Part shown: in pieces, positions 13,580-26,179 of the stretch | Layout of the letters: every line of letters starts with the position of its first letter | Position numbering within the stretch: position 1 is the stretch's first letter | From: Octopus bimaculoides | Lineage: Eukaryota | Assembly (NCBI RefSeq): GCF_001194135.2 | Contig: NC_068982.1 | Location: forward strand, 175,483,934 to 175,547,933 | Length of the DNA: 64,000 bases | Direction: 5' to 3' | The notes under the pieces: generated by a model | Seen by the model: the letters and a program-made list of their open reading frames with translations, nothing else | Databases searched by the model: none | Told to the model about the DNA's origin: nothing | Made by a program: the position numbers and the translations under genes

Positions 13580-15024
13580 TTTCACAGGCTCACAAAAAGC
13601 TGTACAGTATATTTTAACCATAGCAATGTTTATAATTTTAATTACTCAAAATTAAACTCACACAGACAGATATGCTACATCTGGCTTCAAATTGCCAGTA
13701 GGCAGTCTTTTTCTCAGTTATACATTTAGCTGTATGTACACCACATAAATTACACAAAGTCAACATTTTAGGCCTACTTGATTGATGTTCTCCTATGTGA
13801 GGATGATATTCCATGCATAGTAGCTACTGGTATGAGTAGTATGACTAACTTAACTTTGGTGTGAGACAGCCTTTATCCATTGCAAATTTAACTGACTGTG
13901 GCTAAGTATTTAGACTGGGTTTACATGATCTTAATTAGAAATTGCTATATTTGGTTTGAATTAGGTAGCATAATACATAATTCAATGCTTTTCTATTGTC
14001 TCTCTCAATAAGATGTAACCTTTTTGATTAGATGTCTGCATTGGATAAGATTAGAATGGACATGGCATAAATGAAATAGGCAGCATCAATAATTTTTCAA
14101 CCTAAAAAGTGAACTGTGAATATTTTACTGGCTCTACTTAGCAACAATGCAACTAGAAAATTATATTCTACACATTCTATTATATTATATCTCTAGTATC
14201 TATATATTTCAGACTGGTATAGCCCTGAGAAAATGATTAAACTAAAATATTATAAAGGACTGCCATTAACAAAAGCAAAATTATTTAAAAAATAATGGCT
14301 TCATTCATATTGTTCATTCAGTGCTGTCCTTGTATAGTGATGACATTTCGAAAGACTGAAAAATGTGATCTTCCAAATTGCTGGACACAAGAAATTTGCT
14401 TAAAAAAATTATCACCTGTTTTGCTATTAAAAACAGAAAATTAGGTTGTAGTGTTTCTAGCAAGTATGACAAACTTGAAGGAGCACAAGGAATTCATTTG
14501 TCTTGTGAGTGTTGCTGCAGTTTTGTAAGTGGCAAAGCATCAGTAATGTTAGGACAAAAATCAAAGACTGCAAAACTATTCCTTGATATTTTCCTGGAAT
14601 ATAAACAACATAATCATATCCGGAACACTTTTGATGACAGGTGAGCTGGATTGGGGTTGATCTATAGATAAATACAAAAATGTATACAGAAATACACAGT
14701 GTCTTAAATAAGTTGCACAATTAAGGAATATATATTAAATTGTTACATTATCACATTATCCAATCAAATTAATGCATTAATTACAGATAATCAGATCAAT
14801 TGAATAGCATATAAATGTAAATATGTGCTGCTAATTGGTAATCCATGGTTGGTAAGCCTAAGAATAAGTATAATTAATTGTGTGAGACCATACAGCACAG
14901 TAATTTAATATTTAAAAAGATATCTAAAATATGCTTATCTATGGAATTATTCTATAATATAAAATAATACTTATTTTATATATTGACTAAAATATATGAA
15001 ATCACACGCATACATGTATGAGAT

Positions 15025-15402
15025 GATGCCACCTGTGCCCAGCGTCGCCTTCCTGGCACTTGTGCCGGTGGCACGTGTAAAGACATTCGAGCGAGATCGT
15101 TGCCAGTGCCGCTGGACTGGCTCTTGTGCGGGTGGCACGTAAAATACACCATTTTGAGCGTGGCCGTTGCCAGTACTGCCTGACTGGCCTTCGTGCCGGT
15201 GGCACGTAAAAGCACCCACTACACATTCGGAGTGGTTGGCGTTAGGAAGGGCATCCAGCTGTAGAAACTCTGCCAAATCAGATTGGAGCCTGGTATAGCC
15301 ATCTGGTTTCACCAGTCCTCAGTCAAATCGTCCAACACATGCTAGCATGGAAAGTGGACGTTAAACGATGATAATGATGATGATGATGATGATGATGATG
15401 TA
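15025..15402 (+). mobile_element. 5'-truncated RTE LINE 3' UTR with tandem 67-nt units and (GAT)n tail
   Basis: Near-identical to 22583, 17793, 39965 and 42275; the 42275 copy links this sequence to an RTE-like ORF end. Confidence 0.85.
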
Positions 15403-17792
15403 TGAAAAGATTTACCTAAGGCTTATACATACATATGTATTCTTCATTCATTCAGTTTTATGGCCATTTTCCTATGGTAACATAGGTTAGATGAGTACTT
15501 ATTATTGAGGCATAGTTTTTCATCCAAATGTCCTTCCTGTTGCCAACTCACACTTGTTTCCAAGTAAGTAATATTTTCTTGTGGGAAGACATGTTTTTCA
15601 TGGGAGATTGGGAATGAACAATATTTCTTGTATAATGGTGATGCTCATTCACAACAATCGTGTGATTTCAAGATAAGGCAACACACAGACACCTCTGTAT
15701 ATATGCAGGGCTGGTTGTGTGGTTAAGAAGTGCCTCCCAATCACATTAGCATGACATCAGCCACCCTTACTCATTTATGTAAAATGCAAAGTAGCTATGA
15801 ATCTCTCCAGCAGCAAAACTGTTCTTACTCCTCCCATCATACACTAACCACTCAACACATCATATAAAGCAACCATTCAAGCTCCTATTGTCCCTCTCAG
15901 GTAAGAGGTTTCTGTAGTCTTGTGAGTTATAAGACAACAACCTCATTAGTGTACTTTATACACTTTGTAAAGCGGTTGACATTAGGAAAGGCACCTAGCT
16001 GTAGAAACCATATCATAACAGAGACACTGGAAGAAAACATGTTCCTATGGTCTATAAAATCTTAACAATCCAACCCAAGCCAGCATAGAAAACAGATGCA
16101 ATCATCAGGATGATGGTAATATATCCATCTTACAAGCCTAATATTTACCACATTTGTTACCAATGCCGTTTCTGCCTGCCATATCCACATGGCATTAAAT
16201 TATTTTACTCAGCAGTATTTTATTGTATTGCATGTCACAGATTTCACATTGCAACTAGAAATAAGACAAGTTCTTAAATCTCATCTTAACCCTTCTCCAA
16301 CACCAAAAAGAAAAAGAAAAAGAAAACAAAACAAAACAAAAATAATCTAAAAAATTCTTCTATAGAAATGCAATAAAAATAACATTGATGAAAATGATAA
16401 CAACAATTACCTAAAATAAATAAATAAAAAACATGCAATGTAGGTTTATATTTTTCTTTCATTGAAATGTTTAATGAGTTTGGAGTGACATCTCTTAACC
16501 CCAAAAGAACTTGAACACTTTAATTAGATGATTGAAAGAGAGGCCCCAGCAGTGTAGCATGATACATGCAGCAGAGAGCAGTGTTGGAAAATGTAATTTC
16601 AACATTCATCTCATGCAAGTGAGAACTTATGACAACAACTCCTCAAAAAACCATTTGTTTTTCTCAATGTCTTATTTCTTTCTTGTCAGCTACATTTAAA
16701 TGCCTTCCGTTGATTTATCTGGATCTATATCACAAAACAGTTGTTACTGAACCTTTTGTCTCATAAAATAAGCATCTACTGCTGCTTGAAGTGTTCCATA
16801 TTTCTTATTATTCCCTTTGCTGCAGCTGTAAAAGACACATGGTCCCAATTCAAATTTAGCATAAATTGTTTTTCCCCAACACAGTGATCACCACCATCAT
16901 CATCGCCCTAAACACCATCACTGTTTGTGCATTTAACAGTAAACGTTAGCTGCACTAAATCTTTATAAAAGCTTTGTAGTGTCAAAATGAATATAGCATG
17001 AGCTATTTTTAAGAAACTTCATTCATTTCAATAGTTCTTTCAGTAATTTTAGCTAGGTATGGCATGTAAGTTGGCAAGTGGTTAAGCTATACTGTAAGGA
17101 ATTTGGTTGGTCAAGTGTAGCATAACTAAGGTTTTAGCTAAGTATGTATCTATTGAAAAAGTTTCACAACTTATTATTGCCCTTGATCACAAGATTTGAA
17201 TAAGAAGGCAAGTATAATATCTAAAGTTATGTTCCAACAGATGTAATTAACCCATCTAACAAAAGAAGGTTTGAAACATCTAAGTGAAAGCTTCTACTCT
17301 AGAATAGACATGTTCAAAGCATATCAAAGTAGATGTGTAAGTCATCAGGATAGAGGTACCACACACTATTTTGCAATCAATTACATAATCAGATGGAGAG
17401 AAGTTATACACAGCTAACACCAGAGAAGCTATGAAAATACAAGAAATATTTGAAGAGGGGTATCACAACAAACCTGTTAGAAAAACAGATGCCTGAAACA
17501 TTTAGACAAAAGTCAACAACCTCATCAGTCGATGAAAACACAGTGGGTTTTAAACACCTGTTGTAAACTTTTTGTCAGACTGAAACGTTTAGAGCAAGTA
17601 GTCTTTGTAAGCCTGTGCAACTCAATTTTCACTGCACAGCTTTATTCTCTTCTTTAATGAATGAATAAATGAATGAAGCCAAATTTTCTTCTCTCATTAC
17701 AACTCTAAAGCTATGTCAACAAAACCCTTCCAAGCCAACAAAGGAGCCTCTTGAGCCAGTGATTATCACACAAGAGTGTGATAAAAATATCA

Positions 17793-18150
17793 ATCATCAT
17801 CATCATCGTTTAACGTCCGCTTTCCATGCTAGCATGGGTTGGACGATTTGACTGAGAACTGGTGAAACTGGATGGCTACACCAGGCTCCAATCTGATTTG
17901 GCAGAGTTTCTACAGCTGGATGCCCTTCCTAATGCCAACCACTCCAAGAGTGTAGTGGGTGCTTTTACGTGCCACTGGCACAAAGGCCAGTCAGGAAGTA
18001 CTGGCAACGGCCATGCTCAAAATGGTGTATTTTACATGCCACCTGCACAGGAGCCAGTCCAGCGGTACTTGCAACAAACTCGCTCGAATGTCTTTTCACG
18101 TGCCACTGGCACAAGTGCCAGGAAGGCGATGTTGGTAACGGTCACGCTCA
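17793..18150 (-). mobile_element. 5'-truncated RTE LINE 3' UTR
   Basis: Reverse complement of the 15025-15402 family, with (CAT)n at the left end. Confidence 0.85.
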
Positions 18151-18623
18151 TATTTTGAAAAACAGTTTCTGTAAGGAACCTTCATAAAGCAATGGACTGC
18201 AGACAATGGACAAATACTTCTTATAGAGGGAAACTGAACTCAGCTCTCTAATACTATGAATGCTCACCCTGGCGTACTTGCATGTAAGTTGGTATACTAG
18301 GATTTTGGAAATTTAAGTGTCTTGGTGATATTGCTATAAGCCAGCAAATCTTCAGCTGATTATCACATCACCTATAAAGTACCTAGCAAAGAGTGTCTCT
18401 ATGGATTTGGTCAATTTGCTAGAAATTTAACCAAATTTCACTTAGCATCTTGGAAAACGAGGAATACATCAAGTAATGCACTTCTAGATAGGCCAACAAT
18501 AAACAAAAACAGGATGGTCACAGATGAAACCTGAGCATAGATTTGCTTGATGAGAGATGACCAGAATCTAAACAATAATAAACTTTAATTTTGTTTCTTT
18601 TGGTCATGATTGAATATTGTGGG

Positions 18624-18950
18624 GGCGCAATGGCCCAGTAGTTAGGGCAGCGGACTCGCGGTCGGAGGATCACGGTTTCGATTCCTAGACCGGGCATTTG
18701 TTTATTGAGCGAAAACACCTAAAAGCTCCATGAGGCTCTGGCGGGAGGTGGTGGCAACTCCTGTTGTACTCTTTTGCCTCAACTTTCTCTCAGTCTTTCT
18801 TCCTGTTTCTTGAGTAACGCTGTGATGGACTGGCGTTCCGTCCAGCNNNNNNNNNNGGGGGGGGGGGAGAACACATATGCCATAGAAACAGGGTAACCAG
18901 GCCCATGAGCCTGGCTAGGCTTTGAAAGGGTGCATAAATAAATAATAAAT
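18624..18950 (+). mobile_element. tRNA-derived SINE (Arg-type head)
   Basis: ggcgcaatggcccagtagttagg A box, ggtttcgattcc B box; head and middle match 56576-56962, 3' part differs. Confidence 0.85.
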
Positions 18951-19004
18951 GATTGACAATGGGTTGTATTTTTTTGTTCTAGGTTTTTGTTTGATTGGAG
19001 CAGC

Positions 19005-19760
19005 ACTGCTTGTGATTGAGAAACCCAATGTGTAGCAATTGCTACATCATCAGCAAACAGCATGTTTTTCACAAGTGGACTACATAATTTTATTGTGGCT
19101 CTTGAAATAAACAGAAGAGACTATCATCTAATATGCAGGTAGATCATACAAGGGCATTTTCTGCTTTTGTCACTTCGGTTGCAGTTCATAAAGAAAGAAA
19201 ACCATATCTGTTATTGACCTTTCATCCTAGAATCTGAACTATGACTGGATATAAATATATTCTACTGGCTTCTGAAGGTAGTAAAAGATGATCTGAGCAA
19301 GGGCTTTACCAATGTTGTTGAAGAAAAAGATGTCTTTGAAATTGTAGTCACCTTTCTTGCTGGCATTTTAACAGAGGGTGCTGTCTTGCTCTGATCTAGC
19401 TCAAGTGCCTTAATAATGTCTTCAAATACTCTTTTTTCCTTAGTGCATCAGTCTCAAGTAGCCCTGTTTCCTGAAGAGTGGCTATATTATGTTCATGCAA
19501 GATTGGGTGGTGTTATGGAGTGGCTGCTCATACTCTCATCATATCACTGGCAAATCCAAAGGAATGACAGAGATGGAACAGTTTGTTACTGTTGTCACAG
19601 GAGCTGCCTAAATGAGTTCATAGGTAATAACAAACTGACTCCAGATTCATCTTCAAAATTCTCTCCTGAAGTGTTGTCTTTAACTGGGTATGGCCACAAA
19701 GCAGCTGAGGTAAGAAATCAGAGTTTTTCTTCTCTTATATGGACTGCCTTCTCAAGCTGA
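19005..19760 (-). mobile_element. RTE (BovB-like) RT fragment
   Basis: Minus KKGDYNFKDIFFFNNIGKALAQIIFYYLQKPVEYIYIQS*FRF*DERSITDMV and KNMLFADDVAIA; 19420-19760 assigned by continuity only. Confidence 0.75.
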
Positions 19761-19789
19761 TGAATATCATATACTTGAAGTACATAAAA

Positions 19790-19873
19790 TGAAGTGTCAC
19801 CCAGCTTGGGAATCAAACCCACAACCTTATGATCATGACTCAAAAGCCTTAACTACAAAGCAATTGTGCTTGT
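19790..19873 (-). mobile_element. tRNA-derived SINE head, degenerate
   Basis: Minus gcacaattgctttgtagttaaggc...gggtttgattccc resembles heads at 32065 and 51780. Confidence 0.7.
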
Positions 19874-19876
19874 AGC

Positions 19877-19983
19877 AAAAATATGGAACACTTCATGAAC
19901 TTAAATGCCATTATTGTGCAGAAGCTACACTAGACTTCTTCGCATTGTTCCAGTTATAAAATATGTACAACCGAATCTAGAAA
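19877..19983 (-). pseudogene. U6: U6 snRNA retro-pseudogene, near full length
   Basis: Gapless hand alignment to canonical U6 (recalled from memory): about 70 of 98 positions, including the 3' gttccatattttt end; several mismatches are CpG transitions. Confidence 0.85.
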
Positions 19984-21839
19984 TAAACTAGGAAATAAAC
20001 TATATGTGTCACATCTCTACCCGTGATATGCTTGGTGGATTTAGTATACTATACCTTCCCCACCTCTCACAAAAATTGGCTCTATTCTTAATCAAAAGTC
20101 TCCTCTTCCACCTCTTTACCACCACCAGTTAAGAAATCATTATCCTTATTACTAACAAGAGAACAAAAGGAAATAAGATTGCACGGATGAAAATGTACTC
20201 AAAAGAAAATATTCAGTACAGTTTGCACAGACATGCATACACATACATACACACACATATATATATACATACACACATGCACACAAACAATATCCTTCAG
20301 TCTCCTCCAATTATTCCATTTGAAAACAACTTCACCTCAATAAGATATTTTTGATACAGCACTTTTGCCAGTCTTTCTACAGAAATCTCTTTGTAATCTC
20401 ATTTCTTGGCTAGCTGGCAGCAGCATTCTTTTGGTGCATTTCATAGAAGGTGTGTGTGTGTGTGTGTGCGTGTGTGTGTGTGTGTGCGTGTGTGTGTGCG
20501 TGTGTGTGTGTGCGTGCGTGTGTGTGTGTGTGTGTGTGCGTAGTAAGTTTATGAAGACAGACAAAAACATAGAAATGTGGGCTGAAGAGAAAGGGTGGAA
20601 AGATAGGCATTTAATGAGTAAGTAGTTATGTGGATTTAGATGTGTTTGTGTGTGTGTGTGTGTTTGTGTGTTTGTTTTGTGTGTGTATGTATGTACACAC
20701 ACACACACTCTCTCTCTCTCTCTCTTTCACACACACACACACACACTAGAAGTAGTACCTGACCTTCGCAGGGTATATAAAATTTAAAGTAAACACAATT
20801 ACACTAATTCATTTCATTTTGGATAAAATGCTTTGAAAAGGTGCTGACAATCTTCTGTTGGTCTGGGAATGTTAATTTGCTCAAAATTGTTGTATCCAAG
20901 CAATGCAGAAGATGGTTTAGGTTGAGCTTCATAATAATGTCTTCACCCACATAAAAAACAAAACAAAACAAAAAAAAACTGTATAGAAGAAACTTAGAAG
21001 TGACATAACTTATGACCATCACCTTGACAAGATGTATCTGTACGCCAAATTTCAGCTATCTCAGTGCAAAATTGTGGCCCTCAACTTGGAACATACATAG
21101 ATATGCAAACATACTTTCACTTCATATATTGTTATGTCTTTGGGTGTTTGAATATCTCATTGCTAATAATGTTATGGTGACACTGGGGTTTGCACAAGGG
21201 TGTAGGAATAGTATTACGCAAATAAATATTTGGATATGATTATCTAGAACAATCTTTCACAGAAATATGTTCACACAGAATGCGCTCTGTACTATGCCAA
21301 ACGAAAGGTACGTATGATATTACACTAACAAAGTAATCCAATACAAATTATCAACGCTGTCAACTGCCAACAGTTCACACAGTTTCTTTACTTTATTGAA
21401 AAGCATGTCCACTTTTGGCCACATGGGGGTGGTCAGGATCCTTCCACAACATATATTAAGAAGATAAAGAATATGTATGTATACATATTTACATCACCAT
21501 CATCATAATTTAACATATGTTTTCCCTGTTGGTATGGATTGGATGGCCTGATAGGGACTGGCATAGTTTGTTTCAACTTGGTTTTTTTTAAAGCTGGATG
21601 CCCTTTGTAATGCTGAACCACAAAAGATCATCAGGGGAATACTTTATTGTATTACTACCATAAATCAAATGGTCACATCAATGCAGTGGTTGCAAATAAC
21701 CAAAAATGGTGAAATGTACATAGGGAACAAACGCTATAAACTGCATCTTGTTAGTAGGTTCACTGATATATTTTTAATCATTAATTTCCTACTTGTGTGT
21801 GTGTGTGTGTGTGTGTGTTTGCGTGCAATACATGCATGC

Positions 21840-21970
21840 ATATCGTCATCACTTAATGCTTGCTTTCCATGCTGGCATGGGTTGGATGCTTTGACTGGAG
21901 CTGTTGAACCAGGGGACTGTGACAAGCTCTATTGTCTGCTTTGGAATGGTTTCTAAAGCTGGATGTCCTT
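21840..21970 (-). mobile_element. Old RTE-type tail fragment (another at 21500-21610)
   Basis: tttccatgctggcatgggttgga...agctggatgtccttc motifs. Confidence 0.7.
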
Positions 21971-22582
21971 CTAGTTTAAAGCCCAAGAAATGGTAAATTA
22001 CGTTACCAATCCAAAAGAATCAAAGACTATGTGAACTCAAGGGATCGAGACAAACCATTCTAAGTGGTCCCACTTGTGAGTAATGCTGAGGTGTCATTTA
22101 AAGATTTTGTTGTTTAGCTATCATCAAAAGCATCCAAACATGACCATCCTGTCATTTTACCAGTATCTAGGATTCTATTATCTAATGTGTCCTTCACTTT
22201 TAAGATGGTCAATTTAAGGGAGAGGTAGGAGGATGAGTAACTATGTTGTATGTAGAAGTATCCTTATTAGCTTTTACTTATCATTGCATTTGATGGACAT
22301 TTCTGTATATGTATAGTCAGCAGATCATATATCTGAAAAAGAAGCACACTCTAAAGCATAGAGCAGTAATGTATTTACATGCAGTTAAATATATGTCCAG
22401 TCTTAGAGTGACCAATGGTTTCACATCCATAAAGCATTAGCTTTATAGGTGACTTGTCAGACTCTAATGGTGTAAGATTTTGATGAGTGGATGAGAAACC
22501 ACTGGTTACTCTGTGACCAGAAACATATTTAACTACATGTAAATATATATAAGTATACCGCCTGACTGACCTTCGTAGGATT

Positions 22583-22880
22583 TTCAAGCGAGATCGTTGC
22601 CAGTGCCCCTGGACTGGCTCTTGTGCGGGTGGCACATAAAATGCACCATTTTGAGCGTGGCTGTTGCCAGTACTGCCTGACTGGCCTTCGTGCGGGTGAC
22701 ATGTAAAAGCACCCACTACACTCTCTGAGTGGTTGGCGTTAGGAAGGGCATCCAGCTGTAGAAACTCTGCCAAATTAGATTGGAGCCTAGTGTTGCCATC
22801 CGGTTTCACCAGTCCTCAGTCAGATCGTCCAACCCATGCTAGCATGGAAAGCGGACGTTAAACGATGATGATGATGATGA
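22583..22880 (+). mobile_element. 5'-truncated RTE LINE 3' UTR
   Basis: Near-identical to 15085-15402; (GAT)n tail. Confidence 0.85.
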
Positions 22881-22978
22881 TATATATTCGTGCGTGTGCG
22901 TGCGCATATGTGTGTAAAGTAAAATGGGTGTTAACATATTTGATGTAATAAGCCAAGAAAGTTTAATTAACGAAATTA

Positions 22979-23516
22979 AAAGCTGTGGAGTAAGTTTGAT
23001 CTTTAGCACTTCTGGAAATGTTTCAGTGTTATCAAACATCTTTAACAACGTACAGGCTAATCATTATTGCAGATCTTAGATTGAACAGGAACAGAGAAGT
23101 AAAAGGTATTTTCTGAATGAACGCAGAATGACACGATAAATAAGAAGAAGCATCAGAGAGAGTAAATGCCAAGGAATACTTTCTGCATGAAAACTTAGTA
23201 AACTCTTCATCACTAAGTGTGTAATTTCATTAAAATCTAAACTACTGGCTTACTACATCAAGTAAGTTCAGGCCCACTACATTTTTTTATTTTTTTACTT
23301 TTCTTGTAGCAGATATTTCTGGGTACGTTATCTCTCAGACATTCTTTTAAGTAATAAGGCTATATTGTATTCATTCAAAAGTCCCATACACTTCTCAAGT
23401 CATCGATGATTTGCAGTAACAGTTAAACTATGCTTTGCAGAAGAGGCCCAATAACACTGAAACATATCCAGAGTAGTTGCAATAGTGTTAAAGATCAAAC
23501 TCATTCATACTGCTTT
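22979..23516. mobile_element. Possible MITE bounded by ~55-bp imperfect inverted repeats
   Basis: 22979-23031 versus 23451-23516 (taacactgaaacat.tccaga...aaagatcaaact), with a small insertion in the right arm; no TSD found. Confidence 0.4.
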
Positions 23517-24423
23517 GTAGATAGAATGTGAATAAATTAAAATAATTTCAGAGCTGTTGCTATCTGCCTTTATTGGCCAGGATTAGTAATTTGAAAAAAG
23601 GTTGTGCTTATTTTTAGAGTATAATGTTATTTAATTAGAATTTTTTTGTTTACTACAACAAAAGGTTAACCTACATTTTTATTATTCAGTTTTCAGACAG
23701 TAGATCTCTCTGGGTATTTATTCACTACCATTGTGTGTGTGTGTGTGTGTTTGTGTGTGTGTGCGTTTGTGTGTGCGCGGACTTATTCTCAGCCTTCCTG
23801 GCTGGCATTTCTGTACATGTAGTCTTACCACAACTATTATGCATGCTGGACTAGATGGATGGATAGATAGATAGATAGACAGTTAGCCTAAATCCAGTGC
23901 AGTCTGACATAATACTAGGAGACTAATTGGATATGGATCAGTAAAGCTTAGCGACTGTGATGATGGTGGTTATGATGATGATGATGATGATCGTTGTCAT
24001 CATCATCATCATCTCGTCCTTCTCTTTGATAATGCCAATAATGTTAATGAGGTTGATAATAAGGAAGAAAAAGAGAAAAGAACATGACAAATAACAATAT
24101 TCTATATTTCATTTGGTAAAATTGTTCTTTGTGAAATAGTATAATGGCAACAAAGTGTAAGACACACAAACACACAGACTGTACATATACATACACACAC
24201 ACTCATACATATGTGTGTGTGTGTGTGTGTGTGTATTATTTAATGAAAATTTGATTCAAACAAACAATTTACAGATGACAGTAATTCATTTTTATGAAAT
24301 GTTACAAGTTTTTACAGATAACCAAAAATATTATCAACAAGCATGAAGCATAAAATGTTAATGTCTTCCAGCTGAAAACTGAATATTTTCTTCAGAATGT
24401 CACTCATCTTTACTCGCTGAATA

Positions 24424-24785
24424 TATGAGGGTGGGCTGAAAAGTTCATTGGATGACTATGAAGAAGTAATGCTAGAGCTGTAAAATCCTGCATGCATTAA
24501 TTTCAAATCTTCATATTGGATAACTGCCTTGTTTCTATCCAGATAAACTGTTCAAAGAAGACTTAAATAGGAACAAGTAGTGATTTCTCTTGAAAATCAA
24601 CAAAATTTGGCATCGTGGCATTATGAATTACCTACAAAAATGGATTTATTCCATCAAGGACATTCATGCTGACGTGGCTGCTACATTAGGGTATGACGCT
24701 ACAGTTTTATCAACAGAGCAAAAGTGGGCAGCTGAATTTAGGAGGGGAATGGAAAGTCTTGGAGATGACTTATTGTCTGGACATC
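24424..24785 (+). mobile_element. mariner transposon 5' fragment (TIR plus N-terminal HTH)
   Basis: TA-tgagggtgggctgaaaagttca TIR-like start; KIWHRGIMNYLQ...IHADVAATLGYDATVLSTEQKWAAEFRRGMESLGDDLLSGHP. Confidence 0.85.
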
Positions 24786-24789
24786 CTGC

Positions 24790-24965
24790 ACATCTTTGCT
24801 ATTCCATTGGGGTCCATGGTCTTGGTTTTGCATACAAGTTCTTTCTCGAGACAGTTGTTGTTTAGAGGGCAGAAGTTTGGGGGTCTACAGTTGCATTGTC
24901 TTTCAGGGGTGTTTCTGGTGTGTTTATGTTTATTGTGAATGAGTATTATTGACTCTATATTGGGG
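24790..24965 (-). mobile_element. Penelope-like fragment (linker before GIY-YIG)
   Basis: Minus CLPNIESIILIHNK...CNCRPPNFCPLNNNCLEKELVCK matches the PLE CNCR-x-CPL-x-CL-x-IVY motif. Confidence 0.75.
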
Positions 24966-25044
24966 AGGCAATATATATACACACATACACACACACAGAT
25001 ACACACATACACACACACAGATACATACATACAACCATGCATTG

Positions 25045-25195
25045 TTGTGTGGTTAAGGAGTTCTCTTCCTAACCATATGGTTTCAGGTTCAGTCCAACAG
25101 TATGGTGCCTTGGTCAAGTGTCTTCTACTATACTCCTGGGTTGATTAAAGGCTTATCAGTGGATTTGGTTGACACAAACTGAAAGAAGTAAGCAT
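25045..25195 (+). mobile_element. tRNA-derived SINE 5' half
   Basis: gtgtggttaag...ggttcagtcc...caagtgtcttctactata; same family as 35595 and 53420. Confidence 0.75.
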
Positions 25196-26179
25196 GCATG
25201 CAGGCTTGTCTCAGTGTGCATGTGTGCTAGAAACAGGAGCTGATATGGCTGCAGATAGTGTTGCTGTGGGTGTTAAATCAAGAAAAACCAAAAAGCAAGA
25301 CCAGAATTCTTTCTAAACCTTCATTTATTGTTTTACATATATTACTAGAAAACTATGCTTCCAATGAATTCCATTGAAGGTAGAAATAGTTGCATATATA
25401 TCAAATTTACAGTTCTAATGTTGACACTGAATGAACATAAGAGCAAAAAGAAGAGAAGTCATTGCAAAGAAAATGCCTATATGAAAGTGTACCTCAATAA
25501 TTCCAAGCTAGTCCTATGTAACATGTATTGATTGATGAGTTGCTCATTGTTAGAAAGCAGCTAAAGTTACTAAAGAACAGAACTAAGCTGTAGCATGTCA
25601 ATCCAGCATTGCTTCATGGGGGAAGATGGCATGAAGTTTCTTCTGTCTTATTTTGTTCTGTATATTGTTGTCTGTTGCTCACTACAGCTGTTTTAACTTT
25701 TAAAACCTAGGTTTTAACTTTCATAGAACAAAAGGAGCTCAGACACCACATCTTGAACCAGATGTTTCTGACTGGTCTGAAGCAGATTTTTACAAGGTTT
25801 TTACCAAACAGTAAATTTTGAAAAAATTAAATACTATAGTTTAATTATGTGACAATTCATGATGCTTTTAGTAACAAAGTAATTTGAAGTTTTTAAAACT
25901 TTTTATAACATTTTACCACTAAGCTAACAAGTGCATGCATCAAGATGGTTGCACATACCAGTTTGGTGGAATTTGATAGCAACTAGTCTGGAACTAGTAA
26001 GGAAGTATATAGCTGATATATATATATATATATATGCTGTTGTCTAATATGTTTCCATCAGTCAGAGAGAATAAGCACTTATATATTAAACAGAGTGGGA
26101 CTATTATTTCTACAGTATTATGAACTTAGTCTCATAACATCCAACTCGTGTTACTAAATAGTTTTGTGAAGAACTTTTT

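Noticed and set aside
15040-15220. Tandem 67-nt units as a CRISPR-like array
   Set aside because: Eukaryotic retroelement UTR, no unique spacers, no cas genes.
17555-17595. ctgttgt...GAAACGTT motif after a weak PLE-like region
   Set aside because: No stem II or stem I pairing.
20745-20790. Helitron/Helentron-like terminus (actagaagtagtacctgaccttcgcaggg)
   Set aside because: Too short; no second end or second copy found.
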